A DNA stretch of 56,340 nt from positions 1 through 56,340 of the forward strand of contig JBMSXZ010000001.1 in assembly GCA_049426205.1 (NCBI GenBank), written 5' to 3'. This DNA comes from Cyanobium sp. GTDB taxonomy: Bacteria; Cyanobacteriota; Cyanobacteriia; PCC-6307; Cyanobiaceae. Below the pieces are notes generated by a model. That model ran no database searches and had not been told where the DNA came from. It worked only from the letters and a program-made list of their open reading frames with translations. Below, piece by piece: positions 48,462-56,340 of the stretch. How positions within the stretch are numbered: the stretch's first letter is position 1; each line of letters opens with the position of its first letter. A program made the translations under genes and the position numbers.

Positions 48462-49401
48462 TCATGCGGAGCTGGAGAGCCGCAGACCGCCCTGGACGGA
48501 GGCCGTGCGATAGGCCTGCTCCGGATGGGTGGGCGTCTCGGGGTATCGGCGCTCCAGCGTGCCGTGCCTCACCATCGGCGCGAGGTGGCGATCGGAAAGA
48601 TTGCCGGCCTCGATGGTGAGCTGGTCCGCCAGCCAGGCAGCGGTTCGCCAGTGGCCGGCGCAGAGTTGGCCAATCACCTGCCGCAGTCGCTCCTTCCGGG
48701 GTCGAGCTCCAAGCCCTGTGATGGCCTCCTGCAAGGAAGGGTCAAGCTCCCCTCGATCGGCGTGCAGCTCCCCTCGATCGGCGGCATCGGCAACCTGCAG
48801 CCTTGGCTCCAGGGTGTAGTAGCTCTGCGATCCGGCAGGGTGCAAGTTCAGCAAGCCCCGATCCCGAAGCCGCCGCAGCACTTGACTGGCGCCGAGGGTA
48901 TCGAGACCCATGAGGTTGCGCAGGCTGGCATTGTTGACCTGGGTGTTGCGGTGGGCCTGGAGCAGCGCCCGGAACTCCTCATCGCTGAGATCCTCGGCGG
49001 CGATGCGTGAGATGAAGGCACGGTCGTCTTCAGCGAGGGTGGTGGTGTTGCGCAGGACAACGCCCACACTCCTGGGGGTGGGTTCAATGCGGGGCGACGG
49101 CAGGAACGCATCAAGCGGGGGTATTCACTTGACGGCCGGAAGCGGTTGCCCACCAGCCGAGAGGGTTGCCGCATCAAGCTGCCCACCACGTTGAGGGCTT
49201 CCTGCCATACCTCAGGCAGGTTGCCTTCAATGCGCGGGCGTTCCTCCACATTGTGCTCGGCACCCAGGCGTCGCTCGATGCCGATCACGCGAAACACCCG
49301 CACGCCGGCGTTGGCCCATGAAACAACGATTTGCGATCGAAATGCTGCCCTTCGCCCTGGGAGAGGAAGGGCGATGCATCAAACAGGGGCACCGGGCCCA
49401 T
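48462..49401 (-). pseudogene. Schlafen/AlbA_2 - ATPase-like - wHTH protein with internal deletions
   Basis: ATG at 49401 gives MGPVPLFDASPFLSQGEGQHFDRKSLF; then a different frame NAGVRVFRVIG...IEGNL...EYP; then C-terminal HTH part (VNNASLRNLMGLD...YPETPTHPEQAY). Confidence 0.7.
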
Positions 49402-51065
49402 CAAGCCACCACCTCCAGCAGCACCTGGCCATCCTCCAGCGTTTCCTGGATCGCCCCCAGCTCCCGCTCCAACGTCAGCTGGGCCTGAAAGCTGACGGGA
49501 TCCAGCTCGGAGGCCGCCAACAGCGCCCGCTCACTGAGGGCGCCGCATTCGCGCAAGAGATTGGCGAGCCGATCGGGCGGTACTGGGGCGGCGTCAACAG
49601 GGCTCGAATCCGGGTTGGCTGCAGCCTTTTTGCGCCCACGCCGCGAGGGGCCAGACACCGCGGCTTCCGCCTGGCGGGCCGCCCGGATCCGCTCCAGCAG
49701 CACACTCGCCGGCTCGTCGTTGGGGTCCTGGGGCACCAGCTCACCGCGAAACGCCTTGGCCAGCAACGCCGGCGTCAGCCGCTCGACGATCTTGCGGGCG
49801 GCGCTGAGCCGGGCTTCGAGTTGGTCGGCGAGGGAGAAGAGGGATTTGACCTGAATGACGATCTCCCGCATCTCTGCAGCTGGCGGAATCGCGATGGGAA
49901 GGCAATTCAGAACTGCCTGAGTAAGCTTTGCCCGGCCAGTCGCTCCTGTAAGCCAAGGCAGGACTGGATAGTGCATTAAGGCGTAGCAGAGGTAGTCAGC
50001 CGTGATACTGTCTTGAGGCTTGAGAACGTGCGCGTGGTTATTGACCCAGCACTTGCCCGATGAACGATAGGCGATCGGTTTTTCCCTCCCATAGAAAGTC
50101 TCATCTTCTGTCACGAGCACAATCTCGCCATCAAAGATATATTCATCCACCATGTCAACCATCCCGTTGGCGCCATAGTAGGGGTACAACCCTTTGGCAC
50201 TCTTGCGTTTTTCTTTCTTGACTGGTATGCGTTGGTTGTCAAGGCATTCGGCAATCATTGACACGCTGCCAACCATCCATGAAGCAGGCGGCTGACTTTC
50301 CCAATGGCTCAGGTCGGGCTCCAATGGGTTTCGCACCTTCATTCTATTGTATAGCCGTGCTTCGACAAGGGACGCAATTTCGTTATTCGCTGTATCGATA
50401 TTCAGGGGATTGACCACCCGCCACTCCCGCGTCAACTCCCCCGAGGTGGCCGCCGCCAGCACCGCCTGGCGAAAGCGCTTGAGCAGGGCCTCCACGCCAT
50501 CGAGCCGCTGGCGGCAGGCGTCGACCGCAGCCAGGGTGGCGTCGAGCTTGGCGGCGATGCGGCGTTGTTCGTTGAGCGGGGCGAGGGGAATGACAATCTC
50601 GCGCAAACGAGCAGCCGATACATTGGCAATATTCGTCGTCTGACTTGATCCTTCGCGGATTTGAGATTGAACAGATTCCGATCTGAGAAAATGAAAAAGA
50701 AATTGATCAGTAAGGGCTTGCGTCGGACGAAGTGCAGCCAAAAACGCCCCGAAAGCCGTTTCGCATGGGAGCTGTCTAGCAACCGAGACCTTCCCGACAA
50801 GCTCATAACTATTTGCCATTGACATCAGGACGTCGCCAAGCCTGACAAGCTGGCTGGGCTTATTTACAAAAGCCTTGCTGACGAAATAAACGCTTTTCCA
50901 GTCGAGCTCACGCTGAATATTGCTCGTGCGCAAACAGCAAACATTATCTTCGGTCTTGCAGTGTTCTTTCGCGGAGGCCGGGAATGTAATCCCCCGAATG
51001 ATTTCGCATACTTCTCCAAGATCGCAAGCCGCCCACCCCACCGGCAGCTCTCGCCCCTCCTCCAT
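49401..51065 (-). CDS. hsdS: Type I R-M specificity subunit with C-terminal extension
   Basis: LPVGW, IPLAPLNEQRRIA, RQAVLAAATSGELT, LAKAFRGELVPQDPNDEPA; two target recognition domains. Confidence 0.93.
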   Translation of the reverse strand: MEEGRELPVGWAACDLGEVCEIIRGITFPASAKEHCKTEDNVCCLRTSNIQRELDWKSVYFVSKAFVNKPSQLVRLGDVLMSMANSYELVGKVSVARQLPCETAFGAFLAALRPTQALTDQFLFHFLRSESVQSQIREGSSQTTNIANVSAARLREIVIPLAPLNEQRRIAAKLDATLAAVDACRQRLDGVEALLKRFRQAVLAAATSGELTREWRVVNPLNIDTANNEIASLVEARLYNRMKVRNPLEPDLSHWESQPPASWMVGSVSMIAECLDNQRIPVKKEKRKSAKGLYPYYGANGMVDMVDEYIFDGEIVLVTEDETFYGREKPIAYRSSGKCWVNNHAHVLKPQDSITADYLCYALMHYPVLPWLTGATGRAKLTQAVLNCLPIAIPPAAEMREIVIQVKSLFSLADQLEARLSAARKIVERLTPALLAKAFRGELVPQDPNDEPASVLLERIRAARQAEAAVSGPSRRGRKKAAANPDSSPVDAAPVPPDRLANLLRECGALSERALLAASELDPVSFQAQLTLERELGAIQETLEDGQVLLEVVA

Positions 51066-52636
51066 CACACCACCTCCTCCAACTCCTCCCCCAATTCCGC
51101 CAGAATTGCCCGCAAATCGTCGAGAGCACCTTCCAGTTCACCCATCGCCTCGCGGGCCAGCTCGGAGGGTTCCGGCAGGTCGGCGGCGTCTTCGGCGGAG
51201 TCGTCCTTCAGCCAGGCCAGATCGAGGCTGTCGCCGCGGGCGGATATCTCCTCGCGGCTGAAGCATTGCCAGCGGCCCTCGGGCCCGGTGGCTGTGCGCG
51301 GCGCCAAGCCCAGGGGATCCGGCCCATAGGCCGCCTCGAACGCCGCAAAATGCTCGCGGGTGAGCGGCGTGCGCTTGCCGAAGGCCGGCATGTTGGCCCG
51401 CAGGTCATACACCCACACCGCTTTGGTGTTGCCCCGATCGCTCGTGCCGCGCGTGAAGAACAGCACATTGGTTTTCACACCTTGCGCATAAAAGATGCCG
51501 GTGGGCAGGCGCAGGATCGTGTGCAGGTTGCACTTGTCCATCAGGTCTGCCCGGATCTGTCTGCCCACGTTGCCTTCGAACAGCACGTTGTCGGGAAGCA
51601 CCACCGCCGCTCTCCCCCCAGGTTTCAAGGCCCGGATGATGTGCTGCAGAAAGCAGAACTGCTTGTTGCTGGTGGGGAAGAGAAAATCCTCTCGGTTTGG
51701 CACGCCACCACCTTTCTTGGTGCCGAAGGGTGGATTGGTGAGAATCAAGGAGGCCGGCGGCAGCAGCAGCCCATCGCCGCTGAGGGTGTCGCCATACCAG
51801 ATGCCGCATTGCCCCGGCCGAGAATCCAAGCCATGCAGCATCAGGTTCATCAGCGCCAACCGGTGCGTGTCCTGCACGTGCTCCATGCCATAAAACGTGC
51901 CCTCGTAGAACTTTTTCTGCTGCCTCTCATCCAGCTGACTGAGGTCGTAGTGGTCGCGGATCCAGTGCAGCGCCGCGATCGGGAAGCCACCGGTTCCCCC
52001 CGCCGGATCCTGAATCACATCCTCCAAGGTGGGTTGCATCACCGCCACCATGCAATCAATCAGCGGCCGGGGGGTGAAATACTGGCCGGCGCCGGATTTC
52101 TTTTCCTCCGCATTCTTCTGCAGCAAGCCTTCATACAGATCCCCCAAGCCCTCCTCGCGGGCGCTGTACCAATCCAGCGTCTCGATCTCGCTCACCAGCT
52201 TGCTGAGCGTCACCGGTTTCTTGATGAACGAGCTGGCATTGGCGTAGATCTCTTTGACAATCGGTGCTATCTCATTGTCCTCTGCATCCTCGTCTTTCTC
52301 GCCTGATGCTGGGCTGCTTTGCTCCGATTCGCCGTCATGATCGGTGACATCGCCTTCTAATTGTTTGTCTTCCGATTAGCCCAGGTTAAGCAGCAACTCT
52401 TCATAGTGGTTGAGCTGATGGTTTGCGCTGAGGATTTCCAGCATGTCCCATCGTCACTGCGAGGGTATGCCTTTCTCCTGGCCCGTTTCCTTGGCCATCT
52501 TCAGGAACAACAAATACGTGAGCTCCGTCACGTACTGGTGATAAGTCACCCCGTCGTCCTTGAGGACGTTGCAGAGGTTCCAGAGCTTGGCGACGATGTC
52601 GTGGGTGTGGCTGTTGTGGGTGATGGTCACGGGCAT
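51065..52636 (-). pseudogene. hsdM: Type I R-M methyltransferase with two in-frame stop codons
   Basis: One frame from DIVAKLWNLC to NPPF and on to 51065, interrupted by TGA (52454-52456) and TAA (52376-52378). Confidence 0.9.
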
Positions 52637-52643
52637 CAATGCG

Positions 52644-53039
52644 TCAGCTTTGCGCCATTCCCTTGGCAACACTGAGCGGAATGTTGGGACTTTCGGGATT
52701 CACATCCACGCTCTGCAGCTGGGGGCGCAGCACCAGATCCATGTCTTCCATCGGGATCGCGCCCAGCAGCACTTCATTGCCCAGCACCATCGCACCGGTG
52801 AAGCAGCGGCGATTCCGGAAACTTACTTCCACCGGTCCTACATACGGCACCGTCCGGCGATGCCCATCGGCCAGCACGACCTCGCGCCGCTCCAGTTCCG
52901 CCAGGCTCAGCTGGATCGCCACATGCTCCGGGATGCACAGATGCACAGCCCCGCTGTCCACAAGGGCCGACACCTGCAACGGCGCCAGGTCGGGCCGGGT
53001 GGGGTTGCTGAGGGAGAAATTGCCGCGGATCAGGCCCAT
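52644..53039 (-). CDS. Clan AA aspartyl protease
   Basis: ALVDSGA catalytic motif; LADG; VLLGAIPMEDMDL. Confidence 0.85.
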   Translation of the reverse strand: MGLIRGNFSLSNPTRPDLAPLQVSALVDSGAVHLCIPEHVAIQLSLAELERREVVLADGHRRTVPYVGPVEVSFRNRRCFTGAMVLGNEVLLGAIPMEDMDLVLRPQLQSVDVNPESPNIPLSVAKGMAQS

Positions 53040-53065
53040 GGCGCCAGGGTAGCCAGGCTCAGGCT

Positions 53066-53731
53066 TCACGCCGCCCAGATCTCCTCCAGCTCCAGCACCA
53101 GACCCGGCAACACCTCGCCGCCCTCCAGGCGCAGGGCGTTCTCCAGTCGCTGCGGTGCCGATGGCACGCCGGCATCGGGGCGGGCCAGCCAGATCTCCAC
53201 GGCCCTCTCTTCCGGGAACAGCAGCCAGCCCAGCTGGGCGCCGTTGGCCTGGTAGAGCACCATCTTGCGGCGCAGGGCCTCGGCACCACGGGGGCCCGCG
53301 TCACTGGCACTGGCCAGTTCGATCACCAGATCGGGGCAGAGGGGAGGAAATGTGCGGCGCTGCTCAGGAGTGAGCGCCTGCCAGCGCTCCAGTTTCACCA
53401 CAGCCAGGTCGGGGCTGAGCACCGAACCATCGGCGAGGCGAAAGCCGGTGGAGCTGTCGAACAGCTGCAGTGGCAGCGAGCATTGGCGCGCGGCCAACCC
53501 CAGGGCCAGGCCGAGGTTGTAGTTGCGAGCGCCGGTCTCGCCTCCGGTAGGGGTCATGGTGATCAGCTGGCCATCGGCTGCCAGTTCCAGCACCGCGTCA
53601 GGGTTGGCCTCGCACACCAGCGCGAACTGCTCCGGCGTCAGCCGTAACTCCTGGGGCAGCAGCAGCGGCGCCACAGCCGAGTCGACAGCCTCAGGCGCGG
53701 TTGGGGCTTCAGCAGGTGGAGCGACCGTCAT
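53066..53731 (-). CDS. Uma2 (DUF820) family endonuclease
   Basis: PTGGETG, DSSTGF, SPD, PDLVIELAS, KM..Y..NGA.LGWL. Confidence 0.92.
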   Translation of the reverse strand: MTVAPPAEAPTAPEAVDSAVAPLLLPQELRLTPEQFALVCEANPDAVLELAADGQLITMTPTGGETGARNYNLGLALGLAARQCSLPLQLFDSSTGFRLADGSVLSPDLAVVKLERWQALTPEQRRTFPPLCPDLVIELASASDAGPRGAEALRRKMVLYQANGAQLGWLLFPEERAVEIWLARPDAGVPSAPQRLENALRLEGGEVLPGLVLELEEIWAA

Positions 53732-53856
53732 CGCGCCGGTGGGGCATCCACTTCAGGCTACGCGGCCTGGCCTGACGGTGCCGTGGGGACGCTTCCGGCT
53801 CGCGCATGCATCGTGCATGCAAGTCCAGTAGGCTGATCACCCTGACGAGGTGCCCC

Positions 53857-54114
53857 TTGCCATCTCTCCAGATCCGCGACCTGCCAGAAGCGCTCCACCG
53901 GTTGCTGCAGCACCGCGCTCAGGTCCACAAGCGCAGCCTCAGCCAGCAGGCTCTCGCTGATCTGGAGGCCATCGCCGGCGGCGATCCACGCGAACGCCGC
54001 CGCCAGGTGCTCGATCGCATGGTCCAACGCGGGCCCTGCTCCCCATCGCTGAGCGCGGCCCTGATCGGGGAGTTTTCGCCGGAAGACCTGATCCGTGCTG
54101 ACCGCGAGCGTTGA
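53857..54114 (+). CDS. FitA/VapB-like ribbon-helix-helix antitoxin
   Basis: (M)PSLQIRDLPEALHRLL..RA...RSL; ends LIRADRER; TGATG coupling to the PIN gene. Confidence 0.8.
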   Translation: MPSLQIRDLPEALHRLLQHRAQVHKRSLSQQALADLEAIAGGDPRERRRQVLDRMVQRGPCSPSLSAALIGEFSPEDLIRADRER

Positions 54115-54506
54115 TGGCCCTCGCTTGTGTCCTCGATGCCTCAGCGGCCGTGCGGCTGTCCCTGGGTGATGCCGCCACCTCTGGGCTGGCGGAGTCGATT
54201 CGCACGGCCTCCCTTGTCCTGGCGCCCGAGCTGATGCTCACCGAAGTGGCCAACACGCTCTGGAAACTTCAGCGGGCCGATCTACTCGCTGGCCTCGATC
54301 CCCAGCAGCTCCTGAGTGAGGCCCGCGATCTCGTGGATCGGGTGGAGCCGGATCGCCACCTGCAGGCCGAGGCCCTGGCCCTGGCCTGTCATCTCGACCA
54401 CCCCGTCTATGACTGCCTCTATCTGGCTCTGGCCCGGCGCGAGGCGGCCACCCTGGTCAGCGCCGATCGCCGCCTGAACGCATTGGCAGAGCGGGTGCTG
54501 CCCTGA
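54114..54506 (+). CDS. vapC: VapC/PIN domain toxin
   Basis: VLDASA, EVAN, YDCLYLALA, ADRRL acidic PIN residues. Confidence 0.88.
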   Translation: MALACVLDASAAVRLSLGDAATSGLAESIRTASLVLAPELMLTEVANTLWKLQRADLLAGLDPQQLLSEARDLVDRVEPDRHLQAEALALACHLDHPVYDCLYLALARREAATLVSADRRLNALAERVLP

Positions 54507-54512
54507 GCGGCC

Positions 54513-56340
54513 TCAAGCCGCCCACACCTGGCGCTGAAACTCCTGCAGCACGCCATCGAGCTCGCCGCCGAACAGCCGGTTCAGCCGCGGCCAGCCGCCG
54601 CCTTCCCGCTTGAAGAACAGCAGGTCGTCGTCCAGCGCCTCGCGATCCACGATCGTGATCGCCTTGGTCTGGTTGGCGATGCGCTGCAGCCAGTCGCGCT
54701 GCGGTTTGCTCCAGCTGCGCGAAGCCAGGATTCGCTGCAGGGCCTTCTCCACCCGCTGCTCGTAGGTCATCAGCGGATCGCCCAGGGCCGCCTGACGGAT
54801 CCAGCCCATGATCGAGGCGGCCATCTCCTGGTTGGTGGTCTCCCGCCAGGCCGTGGCCAAGGTGGTTTCGCTGTAGCCCCGCTGGTCCAGGGCCAGCTTC
54901 AGCTCGCGCAGATCCTTGCGGGTCAGCTCCCAGGGTTTCGTCAGCACCGTGGTGAGGGCAGGCAGGTCGTTGCCCGGGTCACGCACGAAGGCGCTGAAGC
55001 CCTCCAGGTAGTCCTCCGGACGCGTCGCCTCGCCGTAGCCTCGTTCGATGGCGCGCAGTTCGTCGTCGTGTTCGGAGAGGAACTGCGGTTCGGCCCGCAC
55101 CTCCCATTGCGCATCGAGCACGGCGCCAAGCCCCTCGATCCTCCCCAGCCAGCCCCTGGCCTCCGCCTCCGGCAGCTGCTGCAGACGGTTGATGAAGGCC
55201 TCAGGTTCCTCACCGCTCAGCAAGCGGAAACGGGCCTCGGCGGTTTCGCTGAGATGCCGCTGCTTGCGCCGCAGCTTGGCGATCAGCTGTTCGCGCACCA
55301 GCTGCCACTCCTCCCCCTCGGTACTCTGCAGCTCCTCCAGCAGCTGGGAGAAGGGGATCTTCGGGTTCACCACCACCGGCTTCATGTCGGTGATGTGCTG
55401 CAGCGCTTCATACAGGCCCACCGCATCAAAGATGCGGAAGCTGTCTTTGCCGATCGGCTCACACAGGCGGGTGGCGCGGCCGATCATCTGATCGTAGAGG
55501 ATGCGGCTGTTCACGCGGCGCAGAAACACGATGTTGCCGATCGCCGGCACATCCACGCCCGTGGTCAGCAGATCCACGGTGACCGCCACATTGGGGAAGC
55601 TTTCATTCTTGAAGCGCCGGATCAGCTGGGCAGGCTTGTCGCTGCTGCCGGTGATCTTCGCCACCGCCTCATCCGGCACGCTGCCATAGCGCCGCTGAAA
55701 CGCCTCCTTGAGCAGCAGCACCACCAGATCGGCGTGCTTGTCGCTGACGCAGAAGATCAGAGTTTTGAACGGGGAAAAGGGATCGAGTTCATCGGCCAGA
55801 AACTCACACACCGTGCGGTTGAAGGGTTCGGTGATCACCTGGCGATTGAAGGCCTCCACCTCGAAATGCAACTCATCCGGGGTGGTGAACAGATCGAACT
55901 GGCCGCTGCGGGGATCGATCCTGGTCACCTCCTCACCGGCCTTCCAGATGATCCCTTCGCTGCTCAGCTTGGTGCGGATGCGAATCGGTGGTTCATGATC
56001 CACCAGATAGCCATCCACCACCGCCTCGCGGTAGCTGTACACAAACACCGGCCGGCCGAAGATCTGCACCGTATGCAACGCCGGGGTGGCGGTGAGCGCC
56101 ACCTTCACCGCATCAAACATCTCCAGCACCCGCCGGTACTTCGACACATAGTCGTTGAAATCGCGGAAGCGCAACTCACGATCGCTCAGCTCCCGATCCA
56201 GCAGGTATCCGCGGTGGCATTCATCCACCACGATCAGGTCATAGCTGTCCACCGTGGGGCGGCCCTCCTCATCCCCCAGCAACAACCGCTGCGCCATCGC
56301 CTGCACGGTGGCGATGTGCACGCGCGTGTCGCTCTCCAGC
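54513..56340 (-). CDS. hsdR: Type I R-M restriction subunit (5' part outside the window)
   Basis: DECHRG, LTATP, TLIFC, LLTTGVDVP, QMIGRATR; EcoKI/EcoEI-like C-terminus. Confidence 0.93.
   Translation of the reverse strand, partial: LESDTRVHIATVQAMAQRLLLGDEEGRPTVDSYDLIVVDECHRGYLLDRELSDRELRFRDFNDYVSKYRRVLEMFDAVKVALTATPALHTVQIFGRPVFVYSYREAVVDGYLVDHEPPIRIRTKLSSEGIIWKAGEEVTRIDPRSGQFDLFTTPDELHFEVEAFNRQVITEPFNRTVCEFLADELDPFSPFKTLIFCVSDKHADLVVLLLKEAFQRRYGSVPDEAVAKITGSSDKPAQLIRRFKNESFPNVAVTVDLLTTGVDVPAIGNIVFLRRVNSRILYDQMIGRATRLCEPIGKDSFRIFDAVGLYEALQHITDMKPVVVNPKIPFSQLLEELQSTEGEEWQLVREQLIAKLRRKQRHLSETAEARFRLLSGEEPEAFINRLQQLPEAEARGWLGRIEGLGAVLDAQWEVRAEPQFLSEHDDELRAIERGYGEATRPEDYLEGFSAFVRDPGNDLPALTTVLTKPWELTRKDLRELKLALDQRGYSETTLATAWRETTNQEMAASIMGWIRQAALGDPLMTYEQRVEKALQRILASRSWSKPQRDWLQRIANQTKAITIVDREALDDDLLFFKREGGGWPRLNRLFGGELDGVLQEFQRQVWAA

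Noticed and set aside
48746-48783. 21-bp duplication (ADRGELH/ADRGELD)
   Set aside because: A two-copy linker repeat inside a pseudogene, with no sign of separate function
52376-52456. Selenocysteine or stop readthrough rescuing hsdM
   Set aside because: The TGA is followed 26 codons later by an in-frame TAA, and other genes here use TGA as a normal stop
1-56340. CRISPR array or cas genes
   Set aside because: No repeat-spacer periodicity was seen; all repeats found are head-to-tail tandem units without unique spacers

Overview
High-GC picocyanobacterial (Cyanobium/Synechococcus-like) chromosome segment. About 1-34 kb is mostly core genes: smc, PRC-barrel, msrB, lpxB-like, tRNA-Leu, accC, yggT, psbX, ycf66, hli, ABC transporter, HIT, yifB/comM, rpsU, def, S9 peptidase, gltS-like, aldolase/SDR, htpX, Zn-ADH, methyltransferase, redoxin-2OG oxygenase and mtnA. 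From about 34.5 kb it is an accessory island. The strongest signal is a ~7.2 kb composite element (34521-41760) built from ISAs1 ends. It is flanked by a CACATCAGG(T/G) target duplication, splits a DUF433-like gene in frame, and carries a visibly lower-GC 1823-aa multicopper oxidase with DUF4114-like, FG-GAP/VCBS-like and S-layer-like (DUF4214-like) modules. Its internal transposase is disrupted by two ~24-25 nt double-hairpin insertions and a hexamer expansion. To the right are a kdpA-like remnant, a wbpD-A-I-B sugar cluster lacking the aminotransferase, and a decaying type I R-M locus. That locus has hsdM with two in-frame stops, a translationally coupled and doubly deleted Schlafen/AlbA gene, and interleaved VapBC, Uma2 and aspartyl protease genes. 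All family calls come from motif recognition by eye; no database searches were run.
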